Shown: positions 1-12,266, numbered from the stretch's first letter. The stretch: DNA of 64,000 nt from Octopus vulgaris (GCA_951406725.2 OX597827.1:22010001-22074000); one strand, 5' to 3'. The notes: generated by a model from the sequence alone, not told the origin. Made by a program: numbers and translations.

Positions 1-946
1 CCATTGATGGTGGACAGTGGAAATAAATAAATAGACAAAATCCTTTCACTTTTATAAAAAGAAATTAAAGTATGGAAGACCCTACATACAAAAAAACCAT
101 GTCTATTTATGTGGGAGCTCTGGGCAAAATGTTATAGTGCACAACCATTCTTGAGACACAAATAATGTGTGTGTAAAGTTTGGTGAAAATCAGTTGAAAA
201 TTGTGGAAATGTATGTGTTAGTCATTATATACACACATACTGTGATTTATATGTACTAAATGTATGGGGTAGGCATAGCTCTGTGGTTCAGAAGTTAACT
301 TTGCAGTCTTTAGGTTCTGTCCCATTGTGTGGCACCTTGAGTAAGTATCTTCTGGCCTCAGGCTGACCAAACCTTTCTGAGTCAGTTTAGTGGATGGAAA
401 CTAAGGGAAGTTGTAAATGATTGTCACTGTCATACAAGCATTGGCATTCATTGCCAGTATTCTGCCAGAGCATGTCTGGTCTTTGGGAAAATAATGCTGT
501 GCTTGAAAACTGGTGGGAGTTAGCAACAGGAAGGGCATCTGGATGTAGAAAATCTGCCACAACAAACTCTGTCCAACCCATACAAGCATGGGAAAATGGA
601 CCTAAAAGCAATGATATTGATGAGACACACACACATACATATATAGTGTATATACACACCTATGAATGTGTGTGTGTTAGTTGCTGTCTTTATCTTTTAC
701 AGGATTACCTATCATTACTAAGTCTACACTGCGAGATGCAGGCAAAATTTAATGAACGAAACCAGATTATTACTGTCATTGTGTGTTTGTGTGTGTGTAT
801 GTGTGTGTGATAGAAAATGACTCAAAATTTGGTCTGCATCCTTTTGTTTTCTCTCATCTGCATCTCATCATAGGGTGACAGGTAATCCTATAAAAGATAA
901 AAAAAAAAAACAAGTAATGCTTACACAAATACGTACATATGCATGG

Positions 947-982
<36 letters not shown>

Positions 983-1921
983 CTCTTTTTTCTTACTCTG
1001 TTTCTCAACTTTAACCCCCGATAATCATCAGATTGTTCTGCTTTTCCACTGTTTTACTAATCTTCTTTATCCAGCAGCTGTTTGAAGCAGTTTTACTGAT
1101 TCTACAGTTTTATCACATATCCTTGAAGAAGTACATATTTTCAACACACACACACACACACATGTATTATATGTATGTATATGCATATGGTATGTACATG
1201 TGTATCTGTTTGTATATATATATATATATAAGATTGGAGCCTGGTGCAGCCATCTGGTTCACCAGTCCTCAGTCAAATCGTCCAACCCATGCTAGCATGG
1301 TAAGCAGACATTAAACAATTATGGTGATGATGATATATGTATATATATATATATATATATAATGTCCATTATATGCAGTAGAAGCTGTATTAGATTAAAA
1401 TAGCCACGTGTGGATCATACTTAATGTAAATACATTGCAAAAAAAAAAAAAAAGCAACTTTATTGCTGTATTTATCTGGAGATCATATATTGAAAGGATA
1501 TGAAAACCTTCCCTGCAGTGGCAAGTGCAAATGCTAGATGCATTTCTGCCTTGTTGGGCTTTCATATTTTGCTTTCGACTATTTTGTGTATATCAAGTGT
1601 TTTAGGGTTTTTTCCCCCATTCTTCAGTTTTGCTTCAATACTGGAATGTTTTGATGAATAATGTTGTATGTTTCCATATTTCTTGTATTTATGTGTGGTG
1701 GGGTGGAATGCTTGTGTATTTTGCTTCAAAATAGAATATTTGTTTTATTTGAATTATTTTTGTCCTTCTTAATTCTTTAATGTCTATTGCTTTGACCCAT
1801 CCATTATCAATTAATCTTTTTGTGTAGTATCCTCCAAGTAGTATTTGATTTATTTCTTGGAGTCTTTTATTCTGAGTTTCAAAATTCAAAATATTTGTGT
1901 TTATGCTTCTTACTATGTTAA

Positions 1922-2141
1922 CCCTTTCGTAACCAACCCAGCTGAAATTGGTTCTGGCTCTGAATACAAATATTTTGTTTTCATAAGTTTTGAATTAAAA
2001 TCTCCCACCAAACGTTAGTCATAATTCATGTTCCTAACACTAGCTTAATGATAACTAAATTATTTTACTAAATTCTTTGTTATATTTAAAGTATTTGAAA
2101 GAAACACAGAGCATCTCAAAATAAATACAGTAGCAAAAGGG
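1922..2141 (+). mobile_element. piggyBac-type MITE, copy 1
   Basis: TTAA on both sides, with TIR CCCTTT...AAAGGG. Confidence 0.85.
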
Positions 2142-2172
2142 TTAAAATATATTATAGAGAAACAATTCTTAA

Positions 2173-2383
2173 CCCTTTCGTTACAAATCCGGCTCTGGCT
2201 CTGTAGTACAAATGCCTTGTTTTCAAAAGTTCTGAATTAAAATCTTCCACCGAACCTTATTCACAATTTAAGTTCCTAACATTAGCTTAATGATAACTAA
2301 ATTATTTTACTAAATTCTTTGTTATATTTAAATTAGTTGAAAGAAACACAGACCATCTCAAAATAAATACAGTAACGAAAGGG
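2173..2383 (+). mobile_element. piggyBac-type MITE, copy 2
   Basis: TTAA on both sides, with TIR CCCTTTCGTTAC...GTAACGAAAGGG. It is a diverged paralogue of copy 1. Confidence 0.88.
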
Positions 2384-3649
2384 TTAAATCAAAAACTGAT
2401 TTTGGCATATTTTGGGTGTTAAGAAGTAAATAGTGTGTATTGTTAACATTAGCATCTGTCAGTTTCTAGCGAATCTCAGTTTATTAAAATATCCAAGAGG
2501 TGGTGGGTGCTGAATGTATTCCACTGGGATTTGTATGTTGTTGTTTGTGTTATGAAGTAGGGTTTTGAAATCCTTAGTTGGTCAGCACTATGGGTTCACA
2601 AAATGAGGCAGTCAGCCAAATAATGTCTCCAATTTTCTAACTGATATTTATGGAAGCTGATGCCATACTTTAATGCAGATTGTTCATATATTTGAATGGT
2701 TTTCAGAATGGCTTTCAGTTGTATATCAAAGTTACTGAGATTGTGTTCCAAAGATGCAGCCCTGTAGACTTAGTCTTAATTCAAAATCATCAACATGTGG
2801 CCTGTTTATACACACTGAAGTGGATTCTTTACAGGCGTTAGATATTGTTTGGCTTTTGTGATTATTAGACTCCCATATTTATGATTTTTTTTTCATTCAA
2901 AGTTCATTAGAAAGTTGTTTTCTAGTTTGTTAAATTTTTTCAGTGTAGATGAATGACGTTCCTAACTTTTTCTTCATTTTTGAGAGAAGTTGACAAAAAA
3001 AAACAAACGCACTATCCTCAACTCAGTTTCCTATGGCCATGAATGCAATGACCAAAACAGTATGATTGAATACAAGTGGCCAAAATGGGATCCCTCCTAA
3101 GGATCTGTGGAAGAACATTACTTGACTGGGTGTATAACCCAGAGATTAGGAATCTTTCCAGGTCAAGCTTCAGCCATAGTGCTGGTATTACAGACATGTG
3201 ATTAGAATGTTGCTAAAAAGAATTGCAAGATGGATTCTTCAAGCCAAGTTAACTGGCAGGAGACCTTTGGATAGACCAAGAATGAGATCATCATTATCAT
3301 CATCATCATTTAACATCCATTTACCATGCTGGCATGGGTTGGGTAATATCAATAGTCTGAGTTGGTCACAGCTGGAGAGCCTAATAATGATTGCTTCTGA
3401 TAGGACTGTATAAAGGAGGTGCCTGAGGACTCTACTTCCATGACCCTCCTAAGAATAATGGAAAAAGATGATGGATGGATGGTGGATAATTATTTACTAT
3501 TTTATAAGGAATCACCTCTTATATTAGGGATGTATCTAACTTGCCATATTATGAAGAACCACTCTCTAAATCCAAATCAGTCAGTACTCAAACAGAATGG
3601 GAATATTTCCCAGGAACACAAAATTAATGACATCATCAGCGTTGCCTTG

Positions 3650-4070
3650 GTTACCAGCGTCTCCTTAATGGCACTCGAGCCCTATGCTAGTAGGGTATTA
3701 AGAGCACCATCTGAGCATGATTGTTGCCAGAGCGGCTATCTGGCCTCCGTGCCAGTGGCACGTAAAAGACACCATTCAAGCATGACCATTACCAGCATTG
3801 CCTTACTGGCACCTGTGCCAGTGACATGTGTAAAAGATTCGAGCAAGGTTGTTCCCAGTACCATCTGACTGGCCCCGTGCCGGTGGCACGTAAAAGCACC
3901 CACTACACTCTCGGAGTGGTTGGCGTTAGGAAGGGTATCCAACTGTAGAAACTCTGCCAGATCAAGATTGAAGCCTGGTGCAGCCATCTGGTTTGCCAGC
4001 CCTCAGTCATTCGTCCAACCCATGCCAGCATGGAAAGTGGACGTTAAACGATGATGATGATGATGATGAT
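3650..4070 (+). mobile_element. SINE family C with internal ggcacgtaaaagcacc repeats and (GAT)n tail (representative)
   Basis: The conserved block reads tggcgttaggaagggcatccagctgtagaaac...catgctagcatggaaagcggacgttaaacgatgatgat. Further copies lie near 420, 18085, 18716, 26868(-), 27590, 34020, 35863(-), 39393, 47305(-), 51750, 57340 and 63250(-). Confidence 0.8.
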
Positions 4071-4811
4071 CAAAGAAGCAGTTAAGAGATATGATGTTGT
4101 CATTATTGATGTATTGAGTACTACAAAAATACCATGTTCTTTCTAGAAGACCCACCTGTTATGAAAAATTTAACAATTCCCAACCAAATTTTATTTTAAC
4201 TGATGGCAATTTGAGTGATAATCTCTGAAAAAAAAAAGGAGCAAATTTTTTGACTCCAGTCATCGTTGAGACAAACATATCATTGTTCCAGTTGCCTTCA
4301 TCTTTTTGAAAGTTATGAAATTGTGGAATCGGTTAAGTATTTGTTAATGAATGGTTTTTAAAGTCTCCAAGTGTATTTTAAGCTTTTTTTCTTCTCTTCG
4401 TAATTCTACATGTGTGAAAAAAAACAAATTATTTTTTTTGTGTTAATAAATATGAGATAGATTTGGGTAAAAGAAAAACAGGAAAATCAGTTAATTATGA
4501 TTTTCTTCAACATATTCCCCTCTCAGATTCACTCCTTTATTGCAGCAGTCCTTCGGTTTTCCTAAACCCTGTGAAAGAACTCGGAAGGTTGGGTCTCCAA
4601 TCAGGCCTTTCATCATACCCTTAAAGACAGAAACTTCTCAGCTCACCCACCTCATACATATTGATGTACATAGCAATTAATATAAACCTGTTACCAATTC
4701 AAATATGCTTGAGGCTTATTCGAATTCGTAAGAAAGCCATCCACTGTATTTTGTTGTGGAGAAAATTTCTTGCTGTAGACAAATACGTGTAAATATATTT
4801 TCAAAGGAGAG

Positions 4812-4861
<50 letters not shown>

Positions 4862-5733
4862 CTGTTTATGTTTAGGTGTGTGTGTGTGTATCTGAGTATT
4901 ATAACTTGATTATAATCCAGCCCCCAAATGAACCTTATTAATCTCTGTACCATCATTAGTTGAGGGTTAGGATTAATGAAATCTTTTCTCACCTGACCCT
5001 GTCCTACCTATAGACTAATCTCTCTCTACCCCCCTCTCCCTCTCTCTCTACTACCCTTTCAGTTTATTTCTTTAGAAACTGTGACACACTAAATTGTTGT
5101 CAGTCCCTGTTAAACTTTACTCAGTTGGGACATCGTCTATCTCAGTGAAGTCACACTCTACCTTCACTCATTTAGGACTACATATACCTCAATAAGGCCT
5201 CACTCTACCTTCATTTACTAAGGACAACACACACCTCATTAAGGCTTCACTGTATCTTTGATATATAATAACTGCAGCCATGAACAATTCTAAGCAAGTT
5301 AAACATCACAAACAATTTGACTGTCTTTTGGAGTGTCACAAACTGTTGTTTCACTTTTTGAAGGTAGGAAATGTCTGTATGTATATGTAACCATGTGTGT
5401 GTGTGTGTATCCTTGCCCCTTTGTTTAGTACATTACTGTAAATACATTTCCAGATACCTACTGATTAATGGCAAAGCACTCCCGTCCAATACATTTTATC
5501 TTTCCTTCACTGACACCCACAGAAAGCTACTCTTCTGGCCTTTTTTAATATTCCTCATCTCATCAAGATCTCTTGTATCATTTCATTAGAAAGCCTTTTT
5601 GTAAGCCATGTTCCCTTCAACTGCTCCAAATGACCAACTCATATTGAAATCCCTCAAATTCTTGGTATTGCAATCAACAATGAACTTCCATGGCCACCTC
5701 TATCTATATCATGACCATCTGCAATACTCTTGT

Positions 5734-6088
5734 GCCGGGTTTCTCAACCTTTTTACCCTTGTGTAATCCTTAAAATAAATTCCCTGTCTCAAAGAACCCC
5801 AGCACAAAATAAATTATACACTATGTCTTTCTCATGCTTTTTCCATCATAATTCATGTGGTAAATATTATATCATATCATGTGTGTATGTGTGTGTGTGG
5901 TTGTTATATATTTTTTTTTTTGATAACCTAATAGGTTACAGAGGATGATGCCTATATAACAATATTACAATAACCAATAATATTACGATCATGAAATTAG
6001 CATTAGCTTATCTCACTCTTTCTTGCGGAACCCTTAGGAACCTTTTGCAGAACTCTAGGGTTTTGGGGAATCCCGGTTGAGAAACACT
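5734..6088. mobile_element. Probable hAT-type MITE
   Basis: Imperfect TIR gtttctcaacc ... ggttgagaaac. The TSD is not clearly preserved. Confidence 0.45.
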
Positions 6089-6404
6089 TCCCTAGTGAGA
6101 CACTAATTACAGCATCTTCTTCTTCTCCTCTTTTCTTTCTTTATTACTTTCTTTCTTCTTTTATTCTGTTATCACATTTCTTTCAGTAGTTTCAAGGTCA
6201 TCATCAAATCTGACAAACAATCACACACACACACATATATATATGCGTGTGGTGAGAAGCTTGCTTTCCAACCACATGATTCTGGGTTCAGTCCCATTGC
6301 ATGCCACATTGGGCAAGTGATTTCTACTTTAGCTTCAGGCTGACCAAAGCCTTGTGAGTAGATTTGGTAAACTGGAACTGAAAGTAGCCTGTTCTGTGTA
6401 TGTG

Positions 6405-7296
6405 TAGGGTGCGATGGGTAAATTGTTGCCATTTTATATTTTTAATTTTGCACATGTGCATTGTTTTTTTTTTTGTTTTTTTTTTTTTTTTTGTTAACTA
6501 CAGTGTATAGTAGGGTCAGTTGGGCATCATCTGTGACAAAACCAGCACTGTGATGCAATTCAGTCTGCCAGAAATTTCAAAACATGCTGTACTGCTTGGC
6601 ATTCGTGCTGGAAACTCCAGGATTAACATTTCAGAGTGTTTGGGTGTCAATCTCAGGACAATGCAATCCTAGGACATGTACCAAGAGTGATAAAAATCCA
6701 GCATCCAGTCAACACCATGGTGTTTGAAGTGATCACTAGTGATGCCAATGTTAGCCTCCATTCATCTTCCCACGTGGCCTCACACTTAACACAGAGGCCT
6801 ACACCAAGTGCCTGGAGGAGGTAGTGCCATCCTAGGTCAAGAGGGTGGAAGACCCTATGTCTGACAACAGGACTCTGCACCATACAACACAAGCAGGAGA
6901 ACCCAATCATGACTGTCCAACAATTTCTGTGACCACATCACCCCTAACATCTAGCCACCTAACTCCCCAGACTGCAACTCCCTTGATTATTATGTGTGGG
7001 GTGCAGTTGAGCGAGAGACCAACAAAACTCCTTGTATCACCAAGGGTGAACTGAAGGTAAGGATTATGGCAGCATTCACCAACTTAAACAAGGAGACTGT
7101 CCAGAGGAGTTGCAGGAGATTCTGAAGTCGTCTGGAGGTCATGGTTGAAGCCAATGGCAGTTTTATGGAATAAGTTTACTCTTTAGTATTTCAAGATATT
7201 TTTATTTAATTTTGGTAAACATATCTGTTAAAATGAGATGTCACTGTTATTTTCATTTTTGTGTAATTTAGACAAAAATATATTCACCCTACCTTG
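6405..7296 (+). mobile_element. Non-autonomous Tc1/mariner-superfamily (maT, DD37D) transposon remnant
   Basis: A degenerate transposase C-terminus QDSAP...PNSPDCNSLDYYVWGAVERE is present. It is homologous to three other copies in the window. Confidence 0.85.
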
Positions 7297-7303
7297 TGTG
7301 TAC

Positions 7304-7348
<45 letters not shown>

Positions 7349-7354
7349 CATACA

Positions 7355-7560
7355 TGTGACTGCGTGTGTATCATTGGCGATTTTCTTTCTCCGTCTTCCC
7401 TGCTTTGGACTTTTTCTATGTTCCTGATGAAGAGCTCTGCTCGAAACATGAAATCCTCTTTCTTTTCTTTCCTTTCCTGAGCATCCAATAACACAGTACT
7501 TGTTCCACATCCTTGCATTGTTGTTTTTTTCTTGCTTGTTCTTGTTTGGATTGACTATGT
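7355..7560 (+). repeat. Penelope pseudo-LTR-like repeat family carrying a minimal hammerhead motif (decayed copy)
   Basis: Related to the copies at 10565-10770, 12375-12570 and 60265-60480. It contains CTGATGA-A-gagc-tct-gctc-GAAAC at 7424-7447. Confidence 0.65.
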
Positions 7561-8300
7561 GTGTATGTATGTATATATATGTATGTATAGATATATATGT
7601 ATTTATGTGTCTGTGTTTGTTCCCCTCACCATCACTTGACAACCGATGCTAGTGTGTTTATGTCCCCATAACTTAGCCGTTTGGCAAAAGGGATTGATAG
7701 AATAAGTACCAGGCTTTAAAAAATAAGCCCTGGGGTTGATTTCTTCGACTTGAACCCTTTAATGTGGTGTTCCAGCATGGCTACATTCAAATGACTGAAA
7801 CAAACAAAAGAATAAAAGAAGTGTGTGCAAGTGTTAAAATATATGTGTGTGTGTGTTCCAAAACACACACACACAAAACGTTCACTCACCCCTATTCTTG
7901 ACTTCCTTTCTCTATTTTATTGCCATTCTTCTTTTTGTACTGCTAGTCTTCACCCTCACATCACAGAGCCACATATTCATGACACTTACCGTAAGACTTA
8001 GCACTGTCCACTCGTAGTATTCTCTACATCATTTCACCCTAATCATTCTGTTTGTACTTTATATTCTGTCTTTTCCATTCACCTGCCTCTTCTGTTCACC
8101 TTCTTGGTCACTTACCTTCTATGAACAACAACATCCTAGGATTGTGGAAACTCTTTCATGATACAAGGCAACCATACTCATATTTGCTATGATAAAATGC
8201 ACCCAGTACACTCTGTAGGATGGTTAATGTTAGGAAGGCTACCCAGCCATAGAACCTTTGCAGTAAATGGAATTTATAAACAAGCCATGGTCCTCCAAGC

Positions 8301-8865
8301 CAGTGTTACTCAGTGGTGGTCCGCGGACTGACACCGGTCCATGAGCCACCGGCTGCTGTATGTGGCGAGTTCCCAGAAAAGAAAGAAATATTATAAAATG
8401 CTTATATAATATTGTGTTATTTGTTTACAAAATAAATTTAAGATAAAAAAAATTGTCAACTTTTATTATATTCATTAAATATATTTCGTTTTTGGATTTG
8501 GTTTGCAAGATTCTTTATGTGAGTTCGTGTGTTGAAGCATATTCTGTTGTGTCTGGGGAGAGTCGTTTTCTTTTTCTGCCTTATAATGTAACACACTCAC
8601 CGGTAAAATTTCCATTTATTCCTTATTTTTCTTTTTTCTTTGAAAATTTTAGAAAAATAAAAATAAGGAATAAGTGGAAATTTTACCGGTGAGTGTGTTA
8701 AATTATAAGGCACAAACAGAAAATGACTCTCCTCAGACACAACAAATTAAATATATTATTTCCGGTATAAATTAATACTAATAAGAAATATTACTGGTCC
8801 CTGGCACATTTGGGGGAAAAAAAAAAACTGCCAGCATGCCACATGAGATAGTTTGAGAAGCATTG
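8301..8865. mobile_element. hAT-type MITE with nested fold-back repeat
   Basis: A perfect 8-bp TSD CTCCAAGC lies at 8293-8300 and 8866-8873. The TIR is imperfect: cagtgttactca / tgagaagcattg. Confidence 0.8.
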
Positions 8866-9052
8866 CTCCAAGCCATCTAAGAGGGGGAGTAACTCAGAAT
8901 AGGTAATTCTGATTCAAACCAGCATAACCTGTCCGATGTATAACAACATGGAGAGCACACACACACTTGTTTTTGTACACACAGATATATATACTCTGTA
9001 TTTCATGTCCCTCTTATCATACTAACATCTCTCTCTCTTTTTGCTGCAGGCC

Positions 9053-9283
9053 ATGGGAAACTCAAAGTGGAGTAAGAATGAGGCAGCAGTACTCGGTATG
9101 CCACAGCGTGAGCGCCAGCTCCACCTTGCTGTGATGGGCAATGAACGGGAGACCGTACGAAACCTTATTCTGGAAGGTGCAGACATAAACTACCCTTGGA
9201 GCAATCCTACAGTACCCAGTGTGAAAGACAGCACCACACCTCTTTTGGCTGCTGTCTCATTGAATCATGTTGATATTACTATG
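9053..9283 (+). CDS. Ankyrin repeat and SOCS box (ASB-family) protein, coding exon 1 of 3
   Basis: A pyrimidine tract and CAG acceptor end at 9049. ATG at 9053 lies in gccATGg context. The frame reads MGNSKWSK...QLHLAVMGNERETVRNLILEGADINY...TTPLLAAVSLNHVDITM (ankyrin repeats). The GTGAGT donor is at 9284, phase 0. The acceptor implies an unlocated upstream exon. Confidence 0.93.
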
Positions 9284-9290
9284 GTGAGTA

Positions 9291-9360
<70 letters not shown>

Positions 9361-10202
9361 TCGGCTGAATGTTGTTGTTGTTGATGAGTAGCCCCCGTCA
9401 GCCTTGATCTGGCAGACTTATAGAAGATAATCCAGCCATGACCTCCTCATCATTTTAAGATTACATAAGACTATTAACCAATGTGTTCTTTCTTTATTTA
9501 AGATGGTAGGTTATAATTTGAGGGAGATTTGGCTGCTATTTTTTGTTAACAAGCTGAGTTAACTACTGCCAACAAGTTGACTATATTGTGGTCCCTTGTT
9601 AGCAGAAGAATTGGTGATGTCAACTGTGAGTGTGGACAAGGTAGATTTAGCCATGATGTCATAGTTATTGCTCTTTTGTGTTCTTGGTGGTGTGTGTACC
9701 CCAGAACAGTGCACAGGCTACACATACCCTAATGATGGGGCTAGTTTTGTGTCTGTGGGATTGAGTGGAAGAAATAACGTCTTGTTTTCTTCTTACTGGG
9801 TCGTCTTTTATGTGCTGTGAATGTTGTGTGTGTGGTGGAGGAGTGGGGGGGGCTGTTTGTAACTTCTAAGAGCTTTCTCTTCAGTGTGTGTGTTTGTTGG
9901 TTCTGTTGCTGTTATCTGATATTATTGGTTATAAGGAAGCTAGATTTGGTTGATGATGTCCAATAGTTGTGTAACACATCACACATATGTGGTTACATAA
10001 ACATTACCACACACACACAACACAAAAGCTTAAGTAAACACTCTCTTTTATCATTCCCTAAATTGCTCGTTGTTTGTCTACATCTTTAAACAAACAACCA
10101 TGACCCAATACAGTCACTGCTGAAATGGCATCCATACCACCACCAACACAACGCTACCACCTGTGCCACCAACACTAACTTCGATTTACCATTCCATTCC
10201 AG

Positions 10203-10444
10203 ATCCTTCTAAATGCTGGTGCCAACGTGAATCTAGCTGACCGCAATGATTGTACACCTCTCTACAAGGCAGCCTATCATGGTCGTCCTCACTTGGTAGA
10301 TATCCTAGTTCAGGCTGGTGCTGATATTAATCGTGCTGATAAAGACGGACAGACACCACTCTATATCTGTGTACAGAATGCCATCGTGCATTCTAGCTTT
10401 GCTACTGTACAGAAATTACTCACTGCCGGTGCCTCTCTTGATAA
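10203..10444 (+). CDS. ASB-family protein, coding exon 2 of 3
   Basis: Acceptor ttccattccAG ends at 10202. The frame reads ILLNAGANVNLADRNDCTPLYKAAYHGRPHLVDILVQAGADINRADKDGQTPLYIC...AGASLD (canonical ankyrin repeats). Donor aa|GTGAGT is at 10445, phase 2. Confidence 0.95.
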
Positions 10445-10564
10445 GTGAGTACATGACTTTCATGATCAACATTATCTCTCTGTTTCTCTTTCTACCGCTC
10501 TCTTTCTCTCTCTCTCTCTCTGTATGTATATATGTGTGTATAAATATATATATATATATATATT

Positions 10565-10760
10565 CAAAATGTGACCACGTGTGTACCGTTGGCGATTTTT
10601 TTTTCCTGTCTTCCCTTCCTTGGATCTTTCCTTTTCCTATGTTTCTGATGAAGAGCTCCACTCAAAACGTTAAATCCTCCTTCTTTCTTTCCTTTCCTGA
10701 GCGTCCAATAACACTATACTTGTTCCACGTCCTCGCGTTGTTGTGTTTTCATGTTGGGAT

Positions 10761-10770
<10 letters not shown>
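10565..10770 (+). repeat. Same pseudo-LTR-like hammerhead family, copy in ASB intron 2
   Basis: tttCTGATGAagagctccactcaaaacgttaaa at 10642-10674 has G12 mutated to A. The copy is flanked by (TA)n. Confidence 0.65.
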
Positions 10771-10805
<35 letters not shown>

Positions 10806-10833
10806 GAAAACTGGAGAATTTTTGGTGTTATTT

Positions 10834-10933
10834 ATTCTGTATTACATGTTTCATTAACAATGAGAACTAAATAGGTACACATGTAGAAAAACATGTCAGA
10901 CATCTCCTATTACTAATTCATCAGAGTGAGAAT
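10834..10933 (-). ncRNA. Hammerhead motif with long stem II and degenerate stem I, in ASB intron 2 (antisense)
   Basis: The minus strand reads CTGATGA (10924-10918), attagtaat...attgttaat (9-bp stem II with GU pairs), GAAA (10852-10849), palindrome ACATGT and a GUA triplet. Proximal stem I is mismatched. Confidence 0.55.
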
Positions 10934-11453
10934 TATGCAGATATGCTTCACGATGACACAGCTTGCATTATAACCCTATCTACATTCTATATATATATAT
11001 TTATATCTTTTAGATTTGTTAATGGGAAATGTTGGGAATATGCAAATAAAGCTCCTATTCCATTATGCCAGACACAGTCCAAATGATGTTGACTGGTGAA
11101 CGAGTTTTGGGGATTGCACTGAACTGTACTGATGACCACAGATACTATGGGCTACACTGTAATCATCCCAGGAATACGGACTCTGATCTTAAGAGTCATG
11201 TAATTTGTGGAAACGCGCATAGCAATGCATTAAATGTTTATAAATTCCATCCATGGATTGTTACTATTATATATATATATATATAGGCGCAGGAGTGGCT
11301 GTATTGTAAGTAGCTTGCTTACCAACCACCTGGTTCTGGGTTCAGTTCCACTGCATGGCACCTTGGGTAAGTGTCTTCTACTATAGCCTCGAGCTGACCA
11401 AAGCCTTGTGAGTGGATTTGGTAGACAGAAACTGAAAGAAGCCTTTCATTTTC

Positions 11454-11485
<32 letters not shown>

Positions 11486-11487
<2 letters not shown>

Positions 11488-11850
11488 TGACTGTATGGTA
11501 AGTAGCTTGCTTATCAACCACATGGTTCCAGGTTCAGTCCCACTGCGTGGCACCTTGGGCAAATGTCTTCTACTATAGCCTCGGGCCAACCAAAGCCTTG
11601 TGAGTAGATTTGGTGGACGGAAACTGAAAGAAGCCCGTCGTATATATGTATATGTTTGTGTGTCTGTTTGTCCCTCTGACATTGCTTGACAACCGATGCT
11701 GGTGTGTTTACACTGTAACTTAGCAGTTCGGCAAAAGAGATCAATAGAATAAGTACTAGGCTTACAAAGAATAAGTCCTAGGATAGATTTGCTCAACTAA
11801 AGGCGCAGCTCCAGCATGGCCACAGTCAAATGACTGTAGCAAGTGAAAGA
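11486..11850 (+). mobile_element. tRNA-derived SINE family A (representative; a partial tandem copy lies at 11286-11450)
   Basis: An A/B-box-like head (tggtaag...ggttcagtccc) is followed by a ccttgggcaa core, an internal TA/GT microsatellite and an aaaaga-type tail. More than 15 fragments occur in the window. Confidence 0.85.
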
Positions 11851-12016
11851 AAATACACACACACATACTAGTTGAAGAAGTCAATAGATCAAATTTGAAT
11901 AACCAGTCAACTTGATCTTCAAAATAAATTTGACTTTGCACTCACTATAGAGTCACTCCATTGTTATTCTTAATAATAATCTTTACAATAATAATCCTAC
12001 TTCAATGTGGTTATGT

Positions 12017-12266
12017 ATATTAGAGTGAAACCACTATGTGGACATCCTTATACTAGAAATAGATCTGCTATGGTCTTACCACTAAGAAATGTTCTCAAGA
12101 AAAATTTAGCAAAACAACCAAAACGTAATCGAGCAAGACAAAAGAAAAAGCAATAAAAATATGGATTGTTTTGCTAAATTTTTTTTGAGAACATTTCTTA
12201 GAGGTAAGATCATAGCAGATCTATTTCTAGCATAAGGGTGTCCACATAGTGGTTTCCCTCTAATAT
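12017..12266. repeat. Fold-back inverted repeat, arms about 100 bp
   Basis: 12017-12120 is the reverse complement of about 12163-12266, with scattered mismatches. Confidence 0.85.

Larger units (their letters stand above)
1380..3050 (-). pseudogene. Degenerate Penelope-like element RT/GIY-YIG coding fossil interrupted by two MITEs
   Basis: The minus-strand peptide NKRLQEINQILLGGYYTKRLIDNGWVKA resembles the PLE post-RT motif RLxELxxxLxxRxYPxxLIxxGIxKA. Upstream, KLTD..THYLLLN resembles KPTD-x-YL. There are many stops and frameshifts, and boundaries are approximate. Confidence 0.5.

Noticed and set aside
703-752. Possible short terminal exon (acceptor at 702, LPIITKSTLRDAGKI*)
   Set aside because: It is too short, I recognised no homology, and no partner exon was found in the window.
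11286-11360. tRNA-like A/B boxes in SINE heads
   Set aside because: There is no cloverleaf or acceptor stem, and they continue into SINE bodies, so they are not tRNA genes.
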